From Methanohalophilus portucalensis (lineage in GTDB: Archaea; Halobacteriota; Methanosarcinia; Methanosarcinales; Methanosarcinaceae): a stretch of DNA of 64,000 bases. The stretch is taken from NCBI RefSeq assembly GCF_002761295.1, contig NZ_CP017881.1, positions 347,213-411,212 on the forward strand, given 5' to 3'. Numbering within the stretch: position 1 is the stretch's first letter; each line of letters opens with the position of its first letter. The position numbers and the translations under genes were made by a program. Shown piece after piece: positions 50,585 through 60,096 of the stretch. The notes beneath the pieces were generated by a model. It was given only the letters and a program-made list of their open reading frames with translations, was not told where the DNA came from and searched no databases.

Positions 50585-50833
50585 TTGCTCCAAATAGAGT
50601 GTGCCCAATGGGAGACACTGAAATATAATATTGAAATGGGGCTGATGTATGTCAACCCGAAGGTTCGGGATCTCAGGTTAATGGATGTAGATGAATCCCA
50701 GATCAATTCTGTACTTGATGGTGTCAGGCAGATTGTGGCAGACATTAAGGCCGAGGATTTTGAGATCAAGGAAGAGCCGAACTGTTATTTCTGTGATTAT
50801 AAGGGAGTTTGTGAGTGGTACAATGAAAGTTGA
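50585..50833 (+). pseudogene. orphan duplicate of the last ~65 codons of the helicase-nuclease gene (direct repeat copy 2)
   Basis: GLMYVNPKVRDLRLMDVDESQINSVLDGVRQIVADIKAEDFEIKEEPNCYFCDYKGVCEWY closely matches the C-terminus of the 43878 protein. Confidence 0.6.
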
Positions 50834-50884
50834 AAGGAGGAAATCCCTCCTAACAGAAGCATTTGTTATCTAAAAAAGTGAGAA

Positions 50885-51304
50885 TCAATATTTCTTATGA
50901 TGGGGGTCTTTTTGAAATCCCAGAGCTTTTGAGGCTGCATAGTCAGCCTTTTCATTCTGTTCTCGAGGAATCCATTCCAGTTCTATTGAATTGAACTGTC
51001 TGACTAGTTTTTTAGCAGTCTGGCAGGGACCTTTAAGGTTATCACTTTTTACAGACCATTTTCCATTGACTTGATTTACTACAAGTTTGCTATCTCCCTG
51101 TACATTGATGTCAGTCCAACCAAGTGCTTGTGCCTTTTTTAATCCTTGAATTAGGGCATTGTACTCTGCTTCATTATTGGTGCCAGTCCCTTCAAGCATT
51201 TCGGATATTTCATGTAGGACCTGTCCATTGTCAAGAAGAACTGCTCCGATTCCTCTTTTACCGGGGTTTGGTATTGCAGCTCCATCAAATTGAATTAGTT
51301 TCAT
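50885..51304 (-). CDS. rnhA: RNase HI-like ribonuclease H
   Basis: FDGAAIPNPG N-terminal motif; conserved NNEAEY and QGDSKLVV carboxylate positions. Confidence 0.7.
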   Translation of the reverse strand: MKLIQFDGAAIPNPGKRGIGAVLLDNGQVLHEISEMLEGTGTNNEAEYNALIQGLKKAQALGWTDINVQGDSKLVVNQVNGKWSVKSDNLKGPCQTAKKLVRQFNSIELEWIPREQNEKADYAASKALGFQKDPHHKKY

Positions 51305-51514
51305 TTATTCATAGATTTTAAATATCATATAAAGAAGTTTTGCTATTTATTGTTTGTAGACTGATTTCATGAATCATTACATATGAAATTATGTTTTTTT
51401 AATCCGAAGTTGACTGTTAAAGGAGGGATATAAGGATAATAGGAAAAAATAAACTAATTTTAGCTTTTTTGTTTACTGGAATGTACCTACAATAAGAAAT
51501 ATTCTTTAAATACT

Positions 51515-52483
51515 TTATTTTAAATCTAACCAATCAAATAGTTCTCTATATTGTTGATCAGTATAAACTCTGAAACTTAGCCCATCCCTCCAGGTGTTTA
51601 TTTCGATGAGGTCAGTAAATTTGCTTTTTAAATGTTCTTGAGCACCTTCATAATCTCCTTTTATATAGGCAGTGATATATTTGTGTCTGAAATTAACACT
51701 AATCCAAGTAAATCCATCATAATTGCTTCTAATATTTGAAAATCTTCTTCTTTTTGGTTCACCGGGACTATATTTTTTACATATAGCTATAGCTTCCTCT
51801 GCAAATGAGTATTCAAATTTAGGAAGTAAATCTTTCCATTCTATTTCACTTGTAACCTTATTTTTTATGGTTTGACTTCCACGAATTTCGTAAGCATCTT
51901 TGAGCTCTTTTAATGGATATACCTGTTTTAAAGCAACAAATTTTTGATGATCTAATCTAAAAATAGATATTGAAAATGCAGTTATATCCACAGAATAGTT
52001 ATTACTCAACCAATCAGCAGTTATTATGACTTCAGGATCATAATATTCAGCAATTAATACAATCTTTATATTTGGATTTATTTCCATGTCCTTCAATAAA
52101 TCAATTAATTCTGTAGAATCAGAATTACATTCTGATTGTATATTAGCAATAACTTTTTCTGAATTCCATGTGTTCACCATTGCTGCATATGAAAGGGATT
52201 GTAATAATTGTAGTTTATTTTTGCTTCTTTTTAATTCAATCACTATTAATGAAGATTCGTTTGGTTCATAAGCAAGTAAATCGATTGAGTCATTTGTAGC
52301 TTCATGCGGCTTAATTTCTTCACCAATCAAAAATGAATCAGGCAACTCAATTTCATTTTTAAATAAATCCCAGGAAGATAGTATAGTTTTTTGAAGATCA
52401 TATCTTTCAAGGATATTTTCTTCTTTTAAACTGGTTTCCTCCATCATTTCAAGACAATGATTTTCCATATTCAATCGTAACAT
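51515..52483 (-). CDS. predicted PD-(D/E)XK-like nuclease domain protein
   Basis: IDLLAYEPNESSLIVIELKRSK resembles D...E.K restriction-endonuclease-fold core; remainder unknown. Confidence 0.4.
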   Translation of the reverse strand: MLRLNMENHCLEMMEETSLKEENILERYDLQKTILSSWDLFKNEIELPDSFLIGEEIKPHEATNDSIDLLAYEPNESSLIVIELKRSKNKLQLLQSLSYAAMVNTWNSEKVIANIQSECNSDSTELIDLLKDMEINPNIKIVLIAEYYDPEVIITADWLSNNYSVDITAFSISIFRLDHQKFVALKQVYPLKELKDAYEIRGSQTIKNKVTSEIEWKDLLPKFEYSFAEEAIAICKKYSPGEPKRRRFSNIRSNYDGFTWISVNFRHKYITAYIKGDYEGAQEHLKSKFTDLIEINTWRDGLSFRVYTDQQYRELFDWLDLK

Positions 52484-52843
52484 ATCTTTACCCCACCAAT
52501 TGGCAATCGGTTTGATTTATTCAATGTTAATTGATATACTCAGAAGGTTTCGGTCGTAGACTAATAAGAGTTATGTAAAATCGAATAATTATGTTTGATT
52601 TCATATAAGGATGAAATGAACATTATATGGTGATCACATAAAGAACAATGCTTTCTGAACAGATCAATCGGCTCATCATAAAAAGAGAGCTGGAATTTGC
52701 ACAACACTTCAGGCGGTACACTTCCCAGTCTGTATAACCAAAATCACATTGGCGGTACTCTTCTTATAAAAATAATAATGTATTAGTGGAAGTTAGAGGA
52801 AAGGGTTTCTACAGAGCTGGAAAATTAGCTAAATGCTAACTTC

Positions 52844-53242
52844 ATGCAAAATACCACAAAAAATATAGTTGATAATGGTTGCATATTATTGATTGCTATG
52901 TCTGATGAAGATCTGAAGAAAAGAAAAGAGGAATGGCTTAGTAAAGTCAGAAAAGAAGGTAAACTCAACCGCAACCCAACTGAAGATCACAGCACCGGGC
53001 TAAAAACTCTTCAGAATAGCATTCGCAGAAGGATATTATCTCTTCTACTGGAATCACCCCTGAGTCTCGAAGATTTGCAAAATGAAATGGAGCTGAACAA
53101 AATGGAGGCCAAGTTCCATATAGGAATGTTGGAAAATGCCCTTTACGTTGAGAAAGAGGAGAAAAACGGAATTATCGTGTATTATGGTTCTCCACGGGCA
53201 GAAGCATATATGGAAAATGTAAAAAGTGGAGGACATAAATGA
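52844..53242 (+). CDS. ArsR-like winged-helix transcriptional regulator
   Basis: IRRRILSLLLESPLSLEDL HTH segment. Confidence 0.45.
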   Translation: MQNTTKNIVDNGCILLIAMSDEDLKKRKEEWLSKVRKEGKLNRNPTEDHSTGLKTLQNSIRRRILSLLLESPLSLEDLQNEMELNKMEAKFHIGMLENALYVEKEEKNGIIVYYGSPRAEAYMENVKSGGHK

Positions 53243-53505
53243 CTATTTCTATGGATGACAAAGAGTCGAATTGGGAAAAGGACTTCTCGAACTTAAAAGA
53301 CACCATCATGCAGGATGGTGCTATCGATAATAAAACTAAAAAACTGCTGGCTCTTGCAAGTGCTGTGGCTGTGGGATGTGATGAATGTGTATCCCACCAC
53401 AAAAAATTTGCTAGCGATGCAGGTTTAAAAGATTCCGAAATTGAAGAAGCAATTCTAGTAGCATCACTGATTCGTCTGGGATCAGGACTGCGACATGTTG
53501 ACTAA
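53239..53505 (+). CDS. carboxymuconolactone decarboxylase/AhpD-family protein
   Basis: CDECVSHH (CxxCxxxH) AhpD-core motif; overlaps upstream stop (ATGA). Confidence 0.65.
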   Translation: MTISMDDKESNWEKDFSNLKDTIMQDGAIDNKTKKLLALASAVAVGCDECVSHHKKFASDAGLKDSEIEEAILVASLIRLGSGLRHVD

Positions 53506-54422
53506 AAAGGAAAAGTAAACTAAGATTATTTTTTTACAGGAAAAAATACGAAGGAGAGAAGGAATTATAGCTCTTCCAATGTATTTATCGAAAATTTTGG
53601 TTAGGCATTAAATGGAAGGTTTATGTGAGAGAAAAAACCAGATTTTGTTGGCCCGACTGTCACTCGAAAATACTGATAAAATTTACCAAGGGTCCCTACT
53701 AACGATTATCTGCTGCAAAAAGCATCTCAAATTTGCAATTTATGACGGAATTTGCTTGTCATAATTCTACATGATACAATCTTCAACAACCATTCTCGAC
53801 TCTGCGTTTTCCCCTTTACAGGCATATCCATGCCTTCCATACTCTACTATCATCTACGATGCGTAGCATCGTATGTACGTTTGCAACAAGCAACTGTAAA
53901 AAGATGGAGAAATAATTGCAGGACAAAAATTGATTATGGGTAATATGGTCTGCAAGTACTTTGAGGAATAAGGACATCATTATTCTTAAATCATATAACA
54001 TCAAGTATATTCATCAGATGTATCTAACGATGTAATGTAGCATTAATTTACGTTAAAGTTGCTGATTCTGCCATTAGAAATTCAGAAATCTGCAAAGAAT
54101 TATAATTCAAAAATTGGCCGGGTGCTGAACCATTCCAATAAAAATCAGGAATAACAGGCCTGGATAAAGAGGCACCTACAGTCGATTATAGACCATATTT
54201 GAAAAGCAGCACATGGAATAGACCGCTTCTTCGCATGGTTGAAGTTGGATCTGAAAATAGTATGTAGGTATTAATGGCTGTGGCCTTTCAGGGGAATCTA
54301 GATATTCCACTTGTGCTATGCTGGGATAGGTTATCCGCAGTTTTGAAATAAGCCCGATCTTAAGTATTTGTTAAAGCAATGTCAATGTTTATATTTAAAT
54401 TAAATATTAATCAGGATATGTC

Positions 54423-55823
54423 ATGCAAAAGAGTAAATTGATTTCTGTTCTTGTAATTGTCTTTCTGTCCCTTTCCTTTCTGGGTTGCACAGAAGAAGTA
54501 AACTCAAACGGGGAAATTCCGGAGGAGCAAACATCGGCAGATAATGTTTCAACTCCGGATTCACCGGAAACTGATGTAAAAGTGTACAATGCAACCCTGA
54601 AGAAAACTGCGATACTGGATATTGATAATGGTTATTCCCTGAAGGTACTGGAGATAAACCGAAAAGACGGCTATTCGACCTTATCTCTGAGGAAAGACGG
54701 CTATGAATATGGTACTAAAAGGATATTTGTCGGCCGCAGTTATGATGTATGGGACCCTGAAGAGCAGTTCATAGTTTATTCAATCAAACTGGAAAGTATA
54801 TACGATAACAGTTTTGTCATCGACTTATCATACACTTTGAAACCGGAAATATATCTGTATGTGGATTTTCCTGACCTGGATAGTGAAAGGAAACCAACGG
54901 TCAGAATCGAAAAAGACTCAATCACCAGGAACTATGTATGGGAGTACGACGACAGGCAATTCCAGCTCCAGGCCAGATATGACAAAGAAGCTTATGAATT
55001 ATATTCACAGAGAACCCGTTATCGCCATTGGGTGCATTTTGTAAATGACCCTTATGATGATGCATTCATATCACAGATTACATTACAAATGGAAAATCTG
55101 GCAGAAGAAGCAGATTACGGCCGGGAGGAAATTCCTTACATAACCATGCTTTTTGTCCAGTCTCTTCCTTATGTCAGTGACAGTGTTTCTGCCGGTTATG
55201 ATGAATATCCCAGATTCCCATTTGAAACAATGTACCACGGAGGCGGGGATTGTGAAGATTCCTCTATCCTGCTTGCGGCACTTTTGTATGACATGGGATA
55301 TGGCGTGTCTCTGATTGAATTACCCGGTCACATGGCTGTGGGGGTAAAGGGCAGCGATGACCTTCCCGGAAGTTATTATGATTATTCGGGAGTGAAATAT
55401 TTCTACCTTGAAACAACAAATTCAGGCTGGGAATTGGGCAGGATTCCCACTGTATACAGGAATTCCGATGCCCGGATAATTCCCATTACTGCCGGCTATC
55501 CAGAAATTGCAGTTGACTTTGCAGGCAGTGGAAGACATGATTCCCGTTTTTCCTACATTGACCTTGACATCGAGGTAGAGAATGTTGGTTCTGCAAAAGC
55601 CGAAGATGTCATTATTTACACAGGTCTTGAAGCCACGCAGGAGGGCATGGTCTGGGATCAAATTGCAAGCGACCAGATCCCGGAGATTGATGTGGAAGAA
55701 GCAGTTTCTTATGAGATTTCAAACCTGAAGGTCCCTGTAGGTGAGACTTATCGGATCGGAATCCGGGTTGTGGGGTCAAATACTGGTGTGGAGTATGTCT
55801 ATAGTGATTGGCATGTTTCCTGA
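54423..55823 (+). CDS. transglutaminase-like lipoprotein
   Basis: signal peptide with lipobox-like LGC; GGGDCEDSSILLAALL Cys core; paralog of the 1376 gene. Confidence 0.55.
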   Translation: MQKSKLISVLVIVFLSLSFLGCTEEVNSNGEIPEEQTSADNVSTPDSPETDVKVYNATLKKTAILDIDNGYSLKVLEINRKDGYSTLSLRKDGYEYGTKRIFVGRSYDVWDPEEQFIVYSIKLESIYDNSFVIDLSYTLKPEIYLYVDFPDLDSERKPTVRIEKDSITRNYVWEYDDRQFQLQARYDKEAYELYSQRTRYRHWVHFVNDPYDDAFISQITLQMENLAEEADYGREEIPYITMLFVQSLPYVSDSVSAGYDEYPRFPFETMYHGGGDCEDSSILLAALLYDMGYGVSLIELPGHMAVGVKGSDDLPGSYYDYSGVKYFYLETTNSGWELGRIPTVYRNSDARIIPITAGYPEIAVDFAGSGRHDSRFSYIDLDIEVENVGSAKAEDVIIYTGLEATQEGMVWDQIASDQIPEIDVEEAVSYEISNLKVPVGETYRIGIRVVGSNTGVEYVYSDWHVS

Positions 55824-55902
55824 AACAGGGATGTGCCTGCTGTAGTACTAAAAAAGATATTCTAATGAAAGCATTGAAATTTTGAAAATTAGTAAAATAT
55901 TG

Positions 55903-55980
55903 TGGTGGGCCTAACCGGATTCGAACCGGTGATCGCTCGGTTATGAGCCGAGCGCTCTAACCAGACTAAGCTATAGGCCC
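55903..55980 (-). tRNA. tRNA-Met (anticodon CAU), elongator type, CCA encoded
   Basis: 78 nt; acceptor GGGCCTA/TAGGCCC; anticodon loop CUCAUAA; T-loop TTCGAAT; G1-C72 argues against initiator; could also be tRNA-Ile2. Confidence 0.8.
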
Positions 55981-56000
55981 ATAAAAAATGATGAAAGGAG

Positions 56001-56073
56001 CGCCGCCAACAGGGCTCGAACCTGTGACATCCTGGTTAACAGCCAGACACTCTACCAACTGAGTTATGGCGGC
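56001..56073 (-). tRNA. tRNA-Asn (anticodon GUU)
   Basis: 73 nt; acceptor GCCGCCA/TGGCGGC; D-stem ACTC/GAGT; anticodon loop CTGTTAA; T-loop TTCGAGC. Confidence 0.85.
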
Positions 56074-56169
56074 ACTTTGTATGCGACTTGTCGCGAGCGC
56101 TTCTAATGCATTAATCTGATTTAAACTTTTTGCATGACGCCGCCAAAAAAGGGGTTACATCAGAGGATT

Positions 56170-57198
56170 TTATAGGTAACCCCCGTATTTACCAGAGATT
56201 GGAATGGATGCGCCACAGTATTCACACCTGTTGTCCTCTGTCAGATGGCTTTCTTCCACATCAAAAACACCCCTGCCTATAATCATATTACCGCAACAAG
56301 GGCAGAACGTATGCTCATATTTAGAGGACATAACATTGCCCAGATATACATATTCCAGTCCTTCCTCAGTTGCTATTTCATGGGCCAGGTCGAGAGTCTC
56401 AATAGGTGTTGGAGGGACATTCTGGAGTTTATAGTTTGGATGAAAACGTGTGAAATGAACCGGTGTTTCTTTACCCAGGTTTTCCACTATCCATCGGGAA
56501 ACATCTCTCAATTCATCACTTGAATCATTGAATGTGGGAATTACCAGATATACCACTTCCACATGCATTCCCAGTTCACGGGCCAGTTTGGCTGAATCGA
56601 GAACGGGTTGCAAATGGGCTGAAGTGAGTTCGTGATAGAACTTTTCTGTAAACGCCTTGATATCCACCCTGAAAGCATCCAGATAAGGGGCTATATGCTT
56701 CAATGCCTCCGGTGTGATATAGCCGTTTGTCACATAAACCGTAGCCAGGCCTGCCTCTTTAGCAAGCTTTGCACTGTCATAGGTATATTCATACCATATA
56801 GTCGGCTCATTATAGGTCCAGGCAATACTCTTGCAACCTGCTGCAACAGCTCGATCGATTGCCTGCTCAGGGGTAATTTCCACCGATTGTGCTTCGTCCA
56901 GGCTAACCTGCGATATTGTCCAGTTCTGGCAATATTTACAGCGGAAATTACAGCCAATGGTTCCAAGTGAATAGGAGTAAGTGCCCGGATAGAAATGGAA
57001 TAAAGGCTTCTTTTCGATCGGATCAACGGCCTCACTTGAAACCGTATTATAGATCAGGCTATACAGTTTCCCTTCCTTATTCTGTCGCACCCTGCAAATA
57101 CCGGTTTTACCTTCTGCTATACGACATCTGTGATTACATAAATTGCAACGTACCTTTTTATCCTCAAGTTGCTCATAGAACATAGCTTCTTTTAACAA
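56170..57198 (-). CDS. AmmeMemoRadiSam-system radical SAM enzyme
   Basis: N-terminal CNLCNHRC plus radical SAM CNFRCKYCQNW; C-terminal CPCCG...CEYCG. Confidence 0.7.
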   Translation of the reverse strand: MLKEAMFYEQLEDKKVRCNLCNHRCRIAEGKTGICRVRQNKEGKLYSLIYNTVSSEAVDPIEKKPLFHFYPGTYSYSLGTIGCNFRCKYCQNWTISQVSLDEAQSVEITPEQAIDRAVAAGCKSIAWTYNEPTIWYEYTYDSAKLAKEAGLATVYVTNGYITPEALKHIAPYLDAFRVDIKAFTEKFYHELTSAHLQPVLDSAKLARELGMHVEVVYLVIPTFNDSSDELRDVSRWIVENLGKETPVHFTRFHPNYKLQNVPPTPIETLDLAHEIATEEGLEYVYLGNVMSSKYEHTFCPCCGNMIIGRGVFDVEESHLTEDNRCEYCGASIPISGKYGGYL

Positions 57199-57255
57199 AC
57201 TTATACCCCCGTTTAAGTGGGTACTTTGAATGATAAAAAACTATCTGCCAATAGA

Positions 57256-58128
57256 TTAGAATGTTCCAACTCTTGCATCCACTGTTGCCTTGTTAAGATA
57301 TAAAGCGATATTGACACCTGGTGGATTCAAATCGAAGGTTACATAATCATCTCCTTCATCAATATTGTAATCAACGGAATAAACAAGATCTTCACTTTTA
57401 GCAGAGTCATTGAGATATTTTGCCCATGCTGAAGGATAACTGGTATTCATAGAAATTGTAAGGTTGGTAAGGGACTTATTTTCAAACTCTTTTGCCCAAT
57501 CATTACTTGTAAGTTTAACTTCTTCGATACCGTTGCTGGTAATAAGTACTCTATCCCCGGCAATTTCCATTAAAGTTAAATCAACTAATAGGGTTCCAGA
57601 TTGGTTTTTGATTGAAATGGATGGATCCAGTTTCATAAGGGACCTTTCCCTTTGCGAAACTATCACAGCACCATTTTCATAGGCAAAGGTTTGGTCAACA
57701 TAATAACCATTATTTGAAGAATAGCCAATGGTACCAAGATCATATGATTTTATGAAAGAGCCTGTAGAATTTGTTCCTGTAATATCTACCTTGTAAATAC
57801 CATCATTCACCGACAGCATTCCACTTGATTTGGTGGGACCCACTATGGGAATATCTCCTCCACCCATTTTTATGGGTATGCTCAAAGACACAGTGCTTTT
57901 TTCATCAAGGGAACTGGCAAGGGAAAGCATATCGGCCCGGGCTTTTAACTGGGACATGTCATCATAGACATCATCCATATGGGCTTTTTCGGCATCTGCT
58001 TTCCATTCAGGTATGTAATGAGCGTTAAAGACAGCCAGCACTGTCACAAAAAGGCCAAGTAAAAGGACAAATGAAACTACTGTTGATACTGCAGATTCGG
58101 ATTTGAAAAACTGTTTCACTGAATTCAT
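57256..58128 (-). CDS. pilin-like protein with class III (type IV pilin-like) signal peptide
   Basis: KSESAVSTVVSFVLLLGLFVTVLAVF N-terminal hydrophobic segment; adjacent to FlaJ/FlaI-like genes. Confidence 0.4.
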   Translation of the reverse strand: MNSVKQFFKSESAVSTVVSFVLLLGLFVTVLAVFNAHYIPEWKADAEKAHMDDVYDDMSQLKARADMLSLASSLDEKSTVSLSIPIKMGGGDIPIVGPTKSSGMLSVNDGIYKVDITGTNSTGSFIKSYDLGTIGYSSNNGYYVDQTFAYENGAVIVSQRERSLMKLDPSISIKNQSGTLLVDLTLMEIAGDRVLITSNGIEEVKLTSNDWAKEFENKSLTNLTISMNTSYPSAWAKYLNDSAKSEDLVYSVDYNIDEGDDYVTFDLNPPGVNIALYLNKATVDARVGTF

Positions 58129-58164
58129 ATAGTTCCATTACTCCTGCTTACATGTTTATCCTGT

Positions 58165-60093
58165 TTAGATGAATTGTGTAAATGTGATATAAGATATCAA
58201 TACCAGGAACAGTGAATGTTTCACACCCGCTAAAACACTGCCTGATCCCATCTTCCCTGCAACCAGCCCGGAACACACGCCCTGTATAAGGGATGCATGG
58301 AAGAAAAGCAATATATAGGCTTCCATGTCGAATTGAATATTCAGGGGCATACCTGCTGCTGCATCTCCTGCAGAAGAGGGTACTGCCGGAAGGAAGTAGG
58401 CAGCAAGCACATAAACAATGAAAAGAAACACCAGAAATGCGATATAGACTATGAATACATATACTGTCATTTCAGCTGAGCGTTCTTTTTTAAGCTGATT
58501 CTGCATCTCGGCTTCTGATGCAGCGATGTTGAGTACACTGATAACATCGCTTGTTGATTCGCTGGCCCGTATGATAAAAGTAATAATTCGGCTGTTAAAT
58601 TCGGTCCTGACCCTGTATTCAAACTTTTTTAGAACTTCCTCAAGATTGCCACCCCAGGAAATATGGGAAGCCATTCGTTTAATTTCCGTATTCAAGACTC
58701 CGATTTTTGAACGTGAAACCAGGGATATTGCGCTGGAGAGGCGAATTCCTGCTTCATTGATACTTGCAAGTTTTTTCAAGAATTCGGGCATTTCACTTTC
58801 AACTTTTGAAACCCATCTTCTCTTTGCTTCATAAAATACAATAAAAGGAACACTTATGATAAAGAATGCAAACACAATGTAATCATCGATTGCAGCAGCT
58901 GCCTCTACATTGATGTAACTTAAACTGATGCTTGAAAAATCGAGTGATGACAATATGGCCAGGTTTTCCCGGATACCATATAATATGTAAATCAGGCCTG
59001 CAGGAATACTCAATATTAATGAATAATGAGGTTTACTGGTCAACCACTTAAAAGGATTGCTTACTTTATCAATAATGTTATATATCCTGTAGTTCCAGGA
59101 AATTTTTTTCAGCATCTTTTCATCGATAGTTGAATATTCATTAACTCTGACACCATCAAATTCATTGAGAATCTGCTGTGAAGTTTGAATGTTTCTTCCT
59201 TCCAGGTTATCCGATATTGTGGATAAGAAAACTATGAATAAAACGGTGCCTATAGGAATGAGGATATAAACTAAAGTGTACAGTACGTCTAATGAATTCG
59301 ATCCCATAAAGCCCAATACGATAAGTATCGTTATGAGAAAAACAGGACCCACTACGAATACTGTAATATAAACTTCCGCAAGTATTGCAAGTGTTTCAAG
59401 GAAGGTCTTTTGTTCCCTGCTTGCAAGAAAACGATATTGTTCACTTTTATTTTTGAGATATGAAGTAACATCTCCGCCACTGGAAATAATTGAGAGCATG
59501 CCATCCAGGAAATTCTTATATTTTTCAGAGGGTGAATTGTCATTTGCATTTTTCAGTGCTGTGAGCATGTCATAGCCAAAGTATTCCATGTCCCTGACTA
59601 TGTATCCGAATTCATCTGCAGCGACCCCATAAATATGCCTCTGCTGGCTTAAAGATTTAAATATATCAAAAAGGCTCATCCCCCCGCCTTTGCTCAATGC
59701 GTAAAGGTATGCTACAGCGTGGGTTAATGATTGGTCGAGGTAGGCCTTTCGAGTGCTTGCCCAGAGGAGCGGGAGTTTCATCTGGATATTAAACAGAATC
59801 GTGGAAAATAACAGGGCCATAATCAAGGATGATAGAAGTGCAATTATGCGCATATCATCGATGATGGATATATCAAAAATCCTGAAAAGACGCGATGCAA
59901 TAAAATAAAATATAAAACCTGTGATAAAAAAAGAAAATAGTGAATAGAAATATCCTGTTGATATATACTGATCTGCAGGAATAGCAAAACGTGCACTTTT
60001 CAGGGAATGATATAATTTCGAATACTCATCTTTTTTTTGGAACGCATGTTTGCCGAATAACCTGTATGCAATATCCTGAAAAGGCATCATCAA
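58165..60093 (-). CDS. FlaJ/TadC-like polytopic membrane platform protein (T2SS-F domain)
   Basis: 642-aa, ~9 TM helices, two cytoplasmic helical domains; positioned between the FlaI-like ATPase and the pilin-like gene. Confidence 0.6.
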   Translation of the reverse strand: MMMPFQDIAYRLFGKHAFQKKDEYSKLYHSLKSARFAIPADQYISTGYFYSLFSFFITGFIFYFIASRLFRIFDISIIDDMRIIALLSSLIMALLFSTILFNIQMKLPLLWASTRKAYLDQSLTHAVAYLYALSKGGGMSLFDIFKSLSQQRHIYGVAADEFGYIVRDMEYFGYDMLTALKNANDNSPSEKYKNFLDGMLSIISSGGDVTSYLKNKSEQYRFLASREQKTFLETLAILAEVYITVFVVGPVFLITILIVLGFMGSNSLDVLYTLVYILIPIGTVLFIVFLSTISDNLEGRNIQTSQQILNEFDGVRVNEYSTIDEKMLKKISWNYRIYNIIDKVSNPFKWLTSKPHYSLILSIPAGLIYILYGIRENLAILSSLDFSSISLSYINVEAAAAIDDYIVFAFFIISVPFIVFYEAKRRWVSKVESEMPEFLKKLASINEAGIRLSSAISLVSRSKIGVLNTEIKRMASHISWGGNLEEVLKKFEYRVRTEFNSRIITFIIRASESTSDVISVLNIAASEAEMQNQLKKERSAEMTVYVFIVYIAFLVFLFIVYVLAAYFLPAVPSSAGDAAAGMPLNIQFDMEAYILLFFHASLIQGVCSGLVAGKMGSGSVLAGVKHSLFLVLISYITFTQFI

Positions 60094-60096
60094 AAA

